Below are positions 9,654 to 21,500 of a stretch of DNA of 64,000 nucleotides, piece after piece. Both the position numbers and the translations under genes were made by a program. The notes beneath the pieces were generated by a model. It was not told the origin of the DNA. It was given only the letters and a program-made list of their open reading frames with translations, and made no database searches. This DNA comes from a virus. The stretch is taken from IMG/VR virus record IMGVR_UViG_3300017987_000006, positions 114,260 to 178,259 of that record; one strand, 5' to 3'. Every line of letters begins with the position of its first letter. The first letter of the stretch is position 1.

Positions 9654-10460
9654 GTGTCCCGGGACTACGAAGCTGAGCTCCGGGAGGTCCTGGAAAAGAC
9701 GGGTCAGTCAGCCGGCATCACCAACACGACGGACGAGTCGGCCGAACACGTCGAAACCACGTCTCCGGAGACAGAGCACACGGAGGCGGAGAAGGTTGTT
9801 GTTACGCCCTTCTCCGCCGCCAAGCTCTTTGTGCACCACGACACACATCCTCTGGTCTTGGACATCAAGCTGATGGATCAGTATGGGCTCTCGTGGTTCG
9901 AGTGGGAGCCCACGACGTTGTGGCGAGAGATCATGGACGATTTTCGGACGCCCTCGATCTCGGACCACGTCAAGAGCAAGATCCAAGCCCTACGTACGAC
10001 GCACATCACAGATAAGGCGTTCGCGAAGTGGGAGACGTTCTCCGTCATCACGCAGGCACTGAACAACAACATTCCAGACTTCGAGATCATGCGGAGGCCC
10101 ACCATCTCCCAGCTGTTTGCGGCAGTGGACATGATGACTATGGTTCGCAACGATGTCCCGTTCAGCGAGGAGATCGAGTACTGGTGCGGGGCCGCACTGC
10201 TGGATGCGGGGGTGGTGTGTGCCCCCCAGCCCATCGCTTTCTGCCAAGACGCAATCCTGGAGATTCAGGAAGAATTGGGAGTAGAGGTTGACCCAGCTCC
10301 CGTAAAGGAGAAATATAGACTATTGCTGTCTGTCCCCGCGGAGGAGGTGGAGCTCAGGGAGAACCCGGTGGACATCCAGGTGATGAAGCTGATCATTGCC
10401 AGGGACTACCTTTCTTTGCGTCGCGGCCAGATGAAAGAACAGCTGAGGGCCCTACGATGA
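9654..10460 (+). CDS. Hypothetical phage protein
   Basis: 268 aa, GTG start, within structural operon. Confidence 0.6.
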   Translation: MSRDYEAELREVLEKTGQSAGITNTTDESAEHVETTSPETEHTEAEKVVVTPFSAAKLFVHHDTHPLVLDIKLMDQYGLSWFEWEPTTLWREIMDDFRTPSISDHVKSKIQALRTTHITDKAFAKWETFSVITQALNNNIPDFEIMRRPTISQLFAAVDMMTMVRNDVPFSEEIEYWCGAALLDAGVVCAPQPIAFCQDAILEIQEELGVEVDPAPVKEKYRLLLSVPAEEVELRENPVDIQVMKLIIARDYLSLRRGQMKEQLRALR

Positions 10461-11338
10461 ATGCATACAAGACCCTGGCCTTTGTAGACGAGCTGGAGAA
10501 GCTGGCCCTCGCACCTTCGTTGGTCCAGCGGGCCCTACGGTCTGGTGTCGGCCGTGCTGTCGTCAGCAACGTCCCGAAGGTCTGGGGCTCTGGTTTCGGG
10601 CGCGCGGCAGCGGGAGCCCTGCCTGGGGCGGCCATAGGTGCTGTGGCAGACCCGCAGGACAGTGTTCGGGGGGCAGTCCTGGGCGGTCTTGCTGGAGCTG
10701 GAGCTGGCTATGCATCACCCCTGCTCACGGCTGGGGGTCGCGCTCGTGCTAGAGAGGCCCTGAAGCAGTGGGGCAGGGAACAGAAGCACTCCTTCGTTGG
10801 TGGTGAACTCCCCATCAAAAAAAGCATGAAGCCGGAAGAAATCGCGAAACTTCGATCTGCGGAGAAGGCCGGGCTGACTAGTCTGCCGGGCGTAGTCAAG
10901 GGGATGGCAAAGAGGCCGCTACAGACGATGAAGGCTGGTTGGCAACACGCTGGAGGTCTGGGCAAGGCTATGATCGTGGGGGATGTGGCGCTGCAGGCTC
11001 CGGGCCTTGTAGACCCAACCACCCCAGAAGGAACGGGGGAGAAGGCCCTGCGGATGCTCGGAGGGACAGCAGGATTTCTTGCCGGAGGAAAGCTGCCGAT
11101 GTTGGCTAGCCTGGCCCCCATGGCCGGGCTGGCGTACCTCGGCGGGAAGGCTGGTCGCGGGATCGATGTGTTGACAGGCGAGAGAGCAAAGAAAAAGAAG
11201 ATGATGACTGCGGCGCAGCAGGCCGAAGCCGACAAGTTTTTGCGGGTCAGGCCTACTACTGCTCTCGCTCAGCGGGAGGCGCGGAAACTCGTCCCGGCCG
11301 GGTACATCCCGGCTGGGTACGGACCGGGGGTTGTCTGA
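10457..11338 (+). CDS. Putative internal virion protein (AFVDELEKLA motif, glycine zippers)
   Basis: N-terminal LAFVDELEKLA; GAxxGAxxG hydrophobic repeats; basic. Confidence 0.55.
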   Translation: MNAYKTLAFVDELEKLALAPSLVQRALRSGVGRAVVSNVPKVWGSGFGRAAAGALPGAAIGAVADPQDSVRGAVLGGLAGAGAGYASPLLTAGGRARAREALKQWGREQKHSFVGGELPIKKSMKPEEIAKLRSAEKAGLTSLPGVVKGMAKRPLQTMKAGWQHAGGLGKAMIVGDVALQAPGLVDPTTPEGTGEKALRMLGGTAGFLAGGKLPMLASLAPMAGLAYLGGKAGRGIDVLTGERAKKKKMMTAAQQAEADKFLRVRPTTALAQREARKLVPAGYIPAGYGPGVV

Positions 11339-14300
11339 TGGACCTCGGAACAGTTGGCGCTACACGCTTCTCCAGATCTCGCGGCAGGATAACTGGATCT
11401 GGAACCAGCGGCATCAGCTATCCGAGCCCGTTCTTCGATATCGGGCATACGTACCTGCCCACCACCGTCAAGCAGATGTTCAGGTGGTGTCGGTACTACT
11501 TTTTAGTTCACCCGCTGATCAACTCGATCATCTTCAAGATGGCCCAGTATCCGATCACGGACCTGGTCTATCACACCGACGATCCGCACTTGAAGGACCG
11601 GTGGAGGGAGATCTTCGAGGACGTTCTCAAGTACCGCTGCTTCCAGATGGAGATCGGTCTCGACTTCAACACGTACGGCAACGGGTTTGTCTCAATGTTC
11701 TTTCCGTTCCGGAAGATCATTGAGTGCACGAACTGTCATAACAGCGAGGCCGCAAAGGACGCCAGGTACTACTTCCGCAACTTCCAGTTCTATTGGAAGT
11801 GCCCACGCTGTGGGCACCACGGGCCGACCAAGGTCTATGATCGGTACATCAAGTCGACGCGGGGAATCCGCCTCTTGAGGTGGAACCCGGAGGACATCGA
11901 CGTTCGATACAACGATCTGAACGGCCAGTACACCTACTTCTACGACATTCCCGTGAAGTTGAAGAACGACATCATCATGGGGCGGAGACATATCGTGGAG
12001 GAGGTGCCGCAGGTCTTCATCGAAGCGCTTCGACGGAAGAAGGCTATCGTCTTCAACAACGACAACATCTACCACTTCCGACGCCCGACACTGGCTGGCA
12101 AAGATCGAGGGTGGGGAATCCCATTGATCTTGCCGGTGCTGAAGGACGCCTTCTACCTGCAAATACTGAAAAAATCTCAAGAATGTGTGTCTTTAACCAG
12201 CGAGCTGGAGACATCGGGCGGGCTGGTGCAGGCGGACGATGTTAGGGTTGGGGACCTCGTGAGAACTCATACGGGCGCGTGGAAATCCGTGGAGAAGAAG
12301 TGGTATCGGGACGCCCGAGAAGAAGAGGTCGGCAGGAAGATCACTCTCACGAGTCTTCGTGGGTATCCGACAACGTATTCTCCACAACATCCAATCTTTA
12401 CGATCCGCAGAAACGGGATTAATAGACGGACGGACACGAGAGAAGCTCCACGCTCCTCAATAATTTTGAGCAGGCCGCATCTTTATGAGGAGGTCCTTTG
12501 TCCGGCAGAGTAGTTGGGTATCGGGGAGTACGTCCTCTATCCGCGGTATCTCCCCGTGCAGGAGACAACCTACGTTGACGTTGCTTTAAGGACCGGGTTG
12601 GTGAGTACTGACGGGTTCGTCTATAGTGGGTGCTGTGAGGACACCGCTGTCGCTTTCGAATCTTTGGAGCGGGGAGAAAGGGTACCACACGACAACCCGG
12701 GGCGAGTAGCGAAGAGGGCGATTCGTGATGGGCGCACTCCGAAGAGAATGCCCAGGATCATTCCCATGACGGACGACCTGGCTTACATCCTCGGTTGGTA
12801 TGCTGGTGATGGGAGCTGCAATGCCAGAAGTGTATTTTTCAGCCTTGGGAAAGGGGATGATTCCCTTTCTCTCATCGGGGCTATTCAGCGAGAGTTCGGG
12901 GTTACACCCACCGTGGAGGAGGGAAAATCTGTGAACACGGTGGTACTGTCCGACGTCATCGTACGTCATTTGATCAAGGGCCTAGTACCCGGGACAGCTC
13001 GACATAAAAAAGCCCCAGAAGAGGTGCTCAACGCCCCAAACAGCATGAAACTTTCATACCTGCGTGGGTTGTGGGAGGCAGACGGGTCAGCAGGCGAAAA
13101 GAGTATATGCATCACCTCCACCAGTCGAAACCAAGCATATGACGTATATAGGATCGCGATCCATGTTGGCTGTATCGCTTCCATCGGAAAATCGAAGCCG
13201 AGCGTTAGCGTAATTGATGGAAGAGAGGTACGAAGCAAAGGATCGTACAATGTGACCGTATGCAATGCGTCGGCCGATCGTCTGCGTTCTTTGTGGGAGT
13301 GCGGGGAGGGCCCTGATATTACATCAGGGAAAAGCGGGTTCTTTTGGGGTGACTACTTTGCCACCAGGATCTGCGCAATTGAAGAGGTTGAGGAGGCACA
13401 GTATATAGACTTCAAGGTAGCCGATGACACCACGTTCTGTGTCCCGGGTACGGCCACAAAGAATAGCATTGCGCTCGATCATATCGTCCCACTTCGCGTG
13501 ATGTTCCCGCAGACCGGCTCGGCAACCGCCGACCCATTCTCGATGGTCAACCTCTCGGAATGGAAAGATCAAATCGCTGAGGAGATTCAGCGTTGGAGGC
13601 TCGATAATAACTACATTCCGATCCTCCCGCTCCCCATCGGTAATCAGACCATCGGAGGCGATGGTCGGGCGTTGTTGCTCGGGCAAGAGATCAGAGTGTG
13701 GTCGGAGCAGATCGTCACCGGGCTGGGGATCCCAATCGAGCTCATCTTCGGCGGCCTGTCCTACAGCGGTAGCAATGTATCGCTGCGTATGCTCGAGAAC
13801 ATGTTCATCAACTATATGCACGATCATATCGACCTGACGAAGTGGGTGGTGCGTAAGATCTCTTCTTACATGGACTGGCCATCGATAACGATCAAGTTCA
13901 AGCCGTTCAAGATGGCGGACGACTTGCAGCGTAAGGCGTTCAACCTGCAGCTCTCCCAGGTCGGAAAAATCTCTGACGATTCCCTGCTGTCTGATGCAGA
14001 TTTCGATCCGGACCACGAGGACAAACAGATCGAGAACGAGACCAACCGGCGAGCGGAGGCACAGAAAAAGGCCAGGCTGGCGCAGGCCGAGATCGAAGGC
14101 GCGAGTCAAATGATCATGATGCGCTATCAGATGAAGGCGCAGCAAGAACAGATGCAGATGCAGATGCAGGGAGCTCCGGCTCCCGGGGAGCCGGGAGCAG
14201 AGGCGCACGGCGTCGCGGAGGAGAGTGGGATGCAGCCGCAGCAGCCCCCGCCAGAGCAAGGTGGACCTGGGACTGCTCCGCTTCCTCAACAGATGATGGC

Positions 14301-14652
14301 TGCGCAGGCGCTGCCACCAATTCCGGCCCAGGCCCGCGCCGAGCTACCGCCAGCAATGTCGGAGATGGAGTCACCGCTGAACATGGCGCAGCAAGTGGGT
14401 CAGGTTAATCAAGACCAGGCTGGCCAGATGAACGTGGATCTCATAGCGCAAGCTCAGATGGTGGCGGGGCAGCTGATGCGGATGGACGAGAACAGCCGGA
14501 CGATGGTGCTGATGAACTTGAGACAGCAGTCGCCTGAGTTCTACCAGGTCGTGTTGGGGCTAATGCAGAGCATGGTGGCCGGCGGCCCCACCGCAGAACC
14601 GCCGCCCGAGCAGCAGGCTCCACAGCGGGGCCGCGAGGCCGCCGCAGTCTAG
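11338..14652 (+). CDS. Portal protein with LAGLIDADG intein; in-frame TAG at 12511-12513 inside the intein
   Basis: ORFs 11338-12513 and 12514-14652 are in one frame; portal-like segments (RLLRWNPEDI, IYHFRRPTLAG..GWGIPLI, IALDHIVPLR, GIPIELIFGG); Q/M/P-rich tail. Confidence 0.75.
12184..13464 (+). mobile_element. Intein with homing endonuclease in portal gene
   Basis: Starts CVSLTSEL, block B YSPQHPIF, LGWYAGDGS and LRGLWEADGS motifs, ends TATKN then Ser+1; codon usage differs from flanks. Confidence 0.85.
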
Positions 14653-15191
14653 GTCAGGCTGACTCGTTTCAAGGTCGGCCATGACGGTATCTTCTCCTCC
14701 TCGTCTTCTTCAACTCCTGGATCTGGGAAATCGTCCTCAAACCCTAACAGCCTGGTGAGCGCCCAACCGTCGTATTCACGGACCCGCATCTCTAAACAAT
14801 CAGAGCACATGTTGATACGTAATACTCTGGAGCGACCATCAAAGAACTCCTGGATATCTTCGCACCAGACCGTGTCCGGCCCGTGAATCTCGAATCTTCC
14901 GGCCTCAATCTCGTAACAAGACTCCTCTCCGATGAGGTCCTCGGGGCAAAACCCGCAGTCTGTGTGATCGTCCCCAACCTCTTCGAACCCAAGACCGATC
15001 TCCTCCAAACACCCCAGGTGCGCCCATCTTACGTCTTCCCCGTCTTGGTAACACCTGGGATGAAAGTACCATTCATTATGCTTGCGGCTTCGTCGAAGCC
15101 TCCCCACGCGGATGCAAAAGGCTTCAACGTCCAGGCCGATCTTATTTTCGCATATAACGCAGCTTGGGCTTTCGTCTCGTTCTCTTCCCAT
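14649..15191 (-). CDS. Cys-rich acidic hypothetical protein
   Basis: CVIC, CGFC and CSDC pairs; GGAGG RBS. Confidence 0.6.
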   Translation of the reverse strand: MGRERDESPSCVICENKIGLDVEAFCIRVGRLRRSRKHNEWYFHPRCYQDGEDVRWAHLGCLEEIGLGFEEVGDDHTDCGFCPEDLIGEESCYEIEAGRFEIHGPDTVWCEDIQEFFDGRSRVLRINMCSDCLEMRVREYDGWALTRLLGFEDDFPDPGVEEDEEEKIPSWPTLKRVSLT

Positions 15192-15297
15192 CCTGGTCCT
15201 CCTTCGCCTTCTTTAGTTTTCTGACGACGCTTCTCAGCGTTTCATGGAGTGCCATGAGAAGACCCACAACAAAACCACTTTCGAACATCTCTCGCAT
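15142..15297 (-). CDS. Small basic hypothetical protein (51 aa)
   Basis: Manual translation MREMFESGFVVGLLMAL...RYMRK; start overlaps upstream stop. Confidence 0.35.
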   Translation of the reverse strand: MREMFESGFVVGLLMALHETLRSVVRKLKKAKEDQDGKRTRRKPKLRYMRK

Positions 15298-15428
15298 CAG
15301 TCATCCTCGTCGTCTGCATCTTCATTCTTGTCTTCGTCATCTTCGGCCTGCCCGCTATTCGGATCTAGCGCATCATCCAACCAGTCCTCCGCCTCTTTGA
15401 GCTGTGATTGATCTTCGTCTTCGGGCAT
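15297..15428 (-). CDS. Very acidic 43-aa peptide
   Basis: AGGAG RBS; MPEDEDQSQLKEAEDWLDDALDPNSGQAEDDEDKNEDADDEDD; promoter motif 40 nt upstream. Confidence 0.55.
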   Translation of the reverse strand: MPEDEDQSQLKEAEDWLDDALDPNSGQAEDDEDKNEDADDEDD

Positions 15429-15467
15429 GGTTTCTCCTGTGTAAAAGTTACTGACCATCTTAGTCTT

Positions 15468-15476
15468 CTTATATCG
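15468..15476 (-). promoter_or_regulatory. GGTATAAG-class promoter variant (CGATATAAG)
   Basis: Back-to-back with the RNAP sigma70 promoter. Confidence 0.5.
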
Positions 15477-15491
15477 ACGAATTCGATTGTT

Positions 15492-15520
15492 TTGACTCGC
15501 AAAATGTGGGCTGCTATGAT
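15492..15520 (+). promoter_or_regulatory. Sigma70-like promoter of the RNAP gene
   Basis: TTGACT-17 nt-TATGAT with extended -10 TG. Confidence 0.75.
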
Positions 15521-15547
15521 CTTCGTCGTATACACAGGAGTCATCTA

Positions 15548-18500
15548 ATGGCGAGGCTCGCACCTGAAGAGGGGTTCGCCCTCCTCAAAGACCAGGTAGC
15601 GGAGACTGTCAAGGAGATCTTCCCGATCAAGGGAACCAAACACACTCTCCGCCTGGACGACATCGAAGTCAAAGACAACAAGGACATCGAGGACATCCGC
15701 TCCCAAAAGAAGGCGCGGCTAGAAGGCCGCACCTGGTCCGTTCCGGTCAACGGTAAGTTGTCTCTCGTTGATAACAAGACCGGGAAGGTGGTCGATCGGC
15801 GGACTCAGAGGATCATGAGCTTGCCCAAGGTGACCAACAGGCACTCCTACATCGTGGATGGTCAGGAGTACCAGATGGACAACCAGTGGCAGCTCAAGCC
15901 CGGCGTCTATTCCAGGCGTGATGAGAGGGGCGAGCTGGAGTCCATGTTCAACCTGAAGGGTAAGCACGCCTTCAAGGTGAAGTTCGACCCAAAGACAGCC
16001 AAGTTCTCCATGCTCAAGGGGACCACCAACGTTCCGCTCTACCCCATTATGCGCGAGCTCGGGGTGACGGACGAGGACCTCGAAAAGTCGTGGGGCAAGC
16101 AGATCTTGCAGTCCAACAAGGTCAAGTCTTCAGACGCTGCGCTCGAGCGGTTCTACAAAGCCGTAAACAGAGAAAAGCCCTCGGACCCGCGCCAGGCCAG
16201 GGAGTTTTTGCAGGAGTTCATGGACGGGGCGAAGATGGACCCCGACGTCGCCCGCATCACGTTGGGCGATAAGCATGACACTGTCGGCGGAAAGACGATC
16301 CAGCTCGCCTCGCAGAAGCTGTTGGGCATCAGCCGCGGTGACGTGAAACCAGATGCACGCGACAGCCTGATGTTCAAGAACTTCCGCTCGACAGAGGACT
16401 TCGCACGCGAAGCGCTTCAGACCAGGAGTGGAGAGATCTTACGGCGCGTCGGAAATAACCTGGACCGGAAAGGAAAGATCCAGGAGATCGTCGGGCCGGA
16501 CATTTTCAACCGTCCCATCAATGCGCTGTTCAAGAAGGCCAACCTGTCCAACCGACCAGACCAGACCAACCCGCTAGAAATGATCTCCGGAGCGATGAAG
16601 ACGACGATCATGGGTGAGGGTGGTATCACGAGCGAGCATAAGATCACTGAGGATGCAAAGCTCATCGATCCTTCCCACCTCGGTTTTCTCGATCCGATCC
16701 ATACTCCTGAATCGGCGCGAACAGGCGTGTCGTTGCATCTTCCTCTTGGGGCGCGAAAGAAGGGGAACAAGCTCGTCACCAAGATGTACAACATCAAGAC
16801 GGGTAAGATGGAGGATGTCGATCCCGAGACGGCGTACAACGCCAATATCGTCTTGCCAGATCAGGTGAAGTGGAGGGATGGAAAGCCCGTCCCAATCGGC
16901 AAGACCGTCAAGTTCAGCGGCCAGGAAAACGAAATCACAACGGGCAGTATGAAGGGGGCGGACTACGTAATGCCGGCCCCGGCACAGCTCTTCTCTGTCG
17001 CCTCCAATATGATCCCCTTCCTTCAGAACGACTCCGGGAACAGGGCAACGTACGCCAGCAAGCAGATGGAGCAGGCCATCCCACTGAAGCATCGAGAGTC
17101 TCCGTTGGTGCAGACCGTCATCGCCGCAGGGAAGAAAGAGACCAGCCTCAACAAGTTCATGGGGAAGATCAATTCCCATACGACTCCAATTGATGGAGAG
17201 GTTGTGCAGGTCAAAAGCGATAGCGTGGTGATCAAGGGAGCGGACGGGAAGCGCAAGGAGGTTCAGACTTACGACCACTTCCCGTTGAATGACGACAAGA
17301 GCTTCTTGCACTCGACGCCGCTGGTGAAGGTTGGCGATAAGGTCAAGAAGGGGCAGACCGTAGCCGACACGAATTTTACCAAAAAGGGAGATCTGGCACT
17401 CGGATCGAACTTGACGACGGCGTATGTCCCGTTCCACGGGTACAACTACGAAGATGGTGTGGTGATCTCCGAGTCCGGGGCGAAGCAGCTCACGAGCGAG
17501 CACATGCACCGTAAGGGCCTGGACGTCGGCAAGGAGCACACGCTCAGCAAGGACGCGTTCCTCAAGCACTACGGGATGACGCTCAAAAAAGACCAAGCTG
17601 ACAAGCTGGACGACGCGGGCGTGATCAAAAAGGGACAGAGGGTTGGTCCGGGAGACACCCTGGTAGCGGCCTTGCGGCATCGGGAAGAGACGGACGAGGA
17701 CAAGATCCGTAGGCGGATGCACAAGTCGTTGGTCAAACCATACGACAACGTCTCCGTCACCTGGGACAACGATCATCCAGGCGTCGTGACGAACGTGGTG
17801 AAGCGAGGCAAACGCGCAGAGGTTCATGTCAGGACTGAGGAGCCGGCGGAAATCGGCGATAAGATCAGCGGCAGGCATGGGGACAAGGGCATTATCACCC
17901 GCATCGTCCCAGATCACGAGATGCCCACAACCAAGGACGGGAAGCGTGTTCATCTGGCGCTGAACCCGGCGGGGGTTGCTGGACGTATCAATTTGGGACA
18001 GGTCCTTGAGGCAGCGGCCGGGAAGATCGCCGAGAAGACTGGAAAGCCATACCGCGTGCAGAATTTTGACGGCACTGAGGATATGACCGAGCGTGTCCAG
18101 AAAGAGCTCAAAGAGCACGGTCTGTCCGACAAGGAAGAGCTCATCGACCCCAAGACCGGCAAGACGATGGGGAGGGCTTTGGTGGGGCCGCGGTACATGC
18201 ACAAGCTTAGACACCAGGTCGGAAAGAAGCTCGTAGCCCGTGCTGGAGGACCGGACTACGCCTACGATATGAATCGCATTCCGAAGCGTGGCGGTCCGCA
18301 CGGGGCGCAGGCGTTGGACTCTTTGGGGGTCTACGCGATGTTGGCTTCCGGAGCCAAGGCGAATCTTCGTGAGATGCAGACTTACAAGAGCAACGCGGAG
18401 AACAACGATGAGCTGTGGTCTGCGGTTCAGACTGGAGATCCACTCCCAGCTCCCAGGCCCTCATTCGCCTACAACAAGTTCGTCGGCATGCTCAAGACTA

Positions 18501-21500
18501 TCGGCGTCAACACGGTCAAGCAAGGCAACACACTGAACCTGATGCCGCTGACGGACAAGCAAGTCAGGGAGATGAGTGAGGGTAGGACGATCAAGGACGC
18601 CGGGAAGATGGTCCTCGGGAAGAACCTCAAAGAGGAGAAGGGAGGCATCTTCGATAAGGACGCGACGGGCGGGCTGAACGGGACCAAGTGGTCCCATATC
18701 GAGCTGCCCGAGCGGATGCCGAATCCGATCTTCGAGAAGGCCATTGTCAGCCTCACCGGCATCAAGAAAAAAGATCTCGGCGCGCTGATGGACGGCAGCA
18801 AGGCCCTCAACACCAAGACGGGTCAGTTCACGTCGCCGGAGGAAGGGGTCTCGGCGGGAAAGGCTGTCGAGCACCTGCTGAAAAAGATCGATGTGGACGC
18901 GGAGCTCGCCTCCGCACAAAAGCAGATCCAAAACCCAAGCCTGAAAGGAGACAGGCTGGACAAGGTTAACAAGAAGATCAAATATCTGCGCTCGTTGAAG
19001 AAGCTGGGAATGACGCCGACGGAGGCGTACATGACCAAGACCGTGCCTGTCCTCCCGCCATCCATGCGTCCTCTGGCCGTGCGCCCCAACGGAGAGCTCG
19101 GTGTCGAAGATCTGAATGGGATGTACAAAGGTCTTGGCATCGCCATCAACAAGATGAAGGATGCCAGCCCGCTGCAGCTACCGGAAAAGATCAACAAGAG
19201 ACGAGCGGCGATCTATGATGCGATGAAGGGTCTGGCCGGGACTGGGGGGTACCTCAACCGAGACTACCGCGGGGTACTCGACATCATCGCCGGGAAGAAA
19301 GCGCAGGGTCCGGAGGGAAAGCCTGGGAGTCCGCGGGAGAGTTACTTCCAGTCCAAGTTGATCAAACGGAAGCAAGATCTGTCGATGCGGTCCACCATCA
19401 TCCCCGAGCCTGAGCTCGGCCTGGATGAGGTTGGGATCCCTCGCAAGGCTGCGATGGAAATGTACAAGCCGTTCATCGTCAGGGAGTTGGGGAACTTTGC
19501 TGGGCTGAGCCCACTGGCGGCGCAGCAAGCCATCAAGGACAGGGACCCGCTGGCCGCGCGTGCGCTGGAACGTGTGGTCAAAGAACGTCCGGTGATGTTG
19601 AAGCGCGATCCGGTCCTCCATAAGTACGGAGTACAAGCATTCAAGCCGGTGCTCACTAGCGGCAAGGCGATCAAGATCCATCCCCTGGTGACTGGCGGAT
19701 TCAACGCCGACTTTGACGGCAATTGTGTTGACGGCTGCTCCGAATTGGTGATAAGGTGTTCTGGTCTTGCGAGGGAGCACTTTATGAAATTCGGAGCAGA
19801 GTCTTTGACAGTGGCGAGAGATCCTGCGCTTGGGATCAATGCCGACCGTATTATGATCAAGAACTTTCCACGGGAGGAAGAACCACACAGGTACGATCGA
19901 AATGGCGCTGCCGTCTACCGTGTCCCGGACGGATTGCAGGTCCTTTCGTACGATCACTTCTTGGGTGAGTCGACGTTCGAGGACGTCACTGAGCTAACCA
20001 TCGAGGAGGACTGTCCTGTAGTCGAAGTGCGTTATGCGTCTGGACACAAGGTTACTGCTTCTACTAATGAGTCTTTGTGTGTCTATGACCACGAGACGGG
20101 AATGCTGCGCAAGGCACGGCCGGAGGAATCTGTAGGGGCACTAAGCCCTGTCATCTCGTCTCCTCCCGGTGATAAGCACGACAAGTTTTTCGGGTGGATG
20201 GTAGGCGCTTTTGTGTCTGATGGATTCTTCACCAACGGGCGCATCGGAATCACCAAAGTCGATGACGAGTTCCGCTCAACGTTTGGGGATGCTCTAAGAA
20301 CGTTCGGCGATGTGTACGCAAGCAACACATACCGCAGAGAAAAAAAGGCACCGACCGATTTCTCAGAGCATAGCGTCAAAGATCACTACACCGTGGGGGG
20401 AGAGATCAAAGACCTGTTCATGAGGTGCTACACCGTAGAGTACAGATCTTATCTACGGGATGGAACGCGGAGCGGCGAATTAAAGAATAAGCGGGCAGCA
20501 CTATACAAGCGCCTACCACAGGACATCGGCGACTATTCCAGAGATGCCTTGCTCGGTGTATTGTCCGGCTTGTTGGATGGGGATGGGACACTTTCCTGGA
20601 GCAGGTCTAAAACGAAGGAGCAGTTCCTGGCTTCGTATTCCACCAGCTCCCACCAGCTGATGGAAGACGTCCGATATTTGTGTCACTTGCTAAATGTTCG
20701 CTGCTCTGTGTCACCAGTCTACCCCCGTGCGAATAGGGCGCAGAGGCACATCAACTATGTCATCTCATTCAGCACCGTAGATATTGAGAAGCTGGCTGGG
20801 GAGTTGCGCCTCGCTGCTTACTCGGATACGTTGATCAAACTGGCAGCGAACCCGCTGTCCAAGGATGATCGGGACGTGGTTCCTGTGCCGATATCGATCT
20901 TACGCGGCATGATCAGTAAGAAGAGTGTGGTGTTCAAAAAAGACCCAAAGCTCTGTAGATCGCTGGCTACGTTGGCGTCAAAAAATAAGAGACGTCCGAG
21001 GGTCTCCAGAGACACGGCGCTCAGAATGGTCCCCTATCTGAATTTGGAAAACGCACTGGAAGCATATTGGTCATCCTTAGTGAAATCTGATGTCCGATGG
21101 TCTTACGTGAAAGAAGTCGAAGATAAGGGAAAGACGACCGTATACGATTTGGTCGTGCCTACTACCAAGATCTTCGCGGTCAATGGTGGGCTGGTGGTGT
21201 GGGACACCATGGCGGCATTCGTTCCTCTGACCTCCGAGGCGGTGGACGAGGCGCGGAAGATGTATCCATCCAGGAACCTTTTCAGTCCCGCTACCGGAAG
21301 CTTGATGTACAAGCCGACGAAGGAGAGTCAACTTGGGCTCTACAAGCTGACCCAGCAGGGCAAGCGGACGGACAAGGCGTTCAAGACCGTGGCCGAAGCT
21401 GCGAGGGCTGCCTCAGCAGGATCCGTGGGGATGACTGATGTGGTCAAGATTGGCGGACAGCAGACCACCATTGGGCGCGCTCTGGTAGCCAACGCGCTAC

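Noticed and set aside
12511-12513. Genome-wide TAG reassignment (code 15)
   Set aside because: Many genes (portal end, RNAP, MCP, tail tube, TerL, histone) end in TAG followed by RBS and new starts
16574-18301. 575-aa antisense ORF opposite the RNAP (and similar long antisense ORFs at 2709, 13324, 33580, 36980, 42579, 49073)
   Set aside because: Shadow ORFs expected from strong GC3 bias on the coding strand; no RBS or motifs
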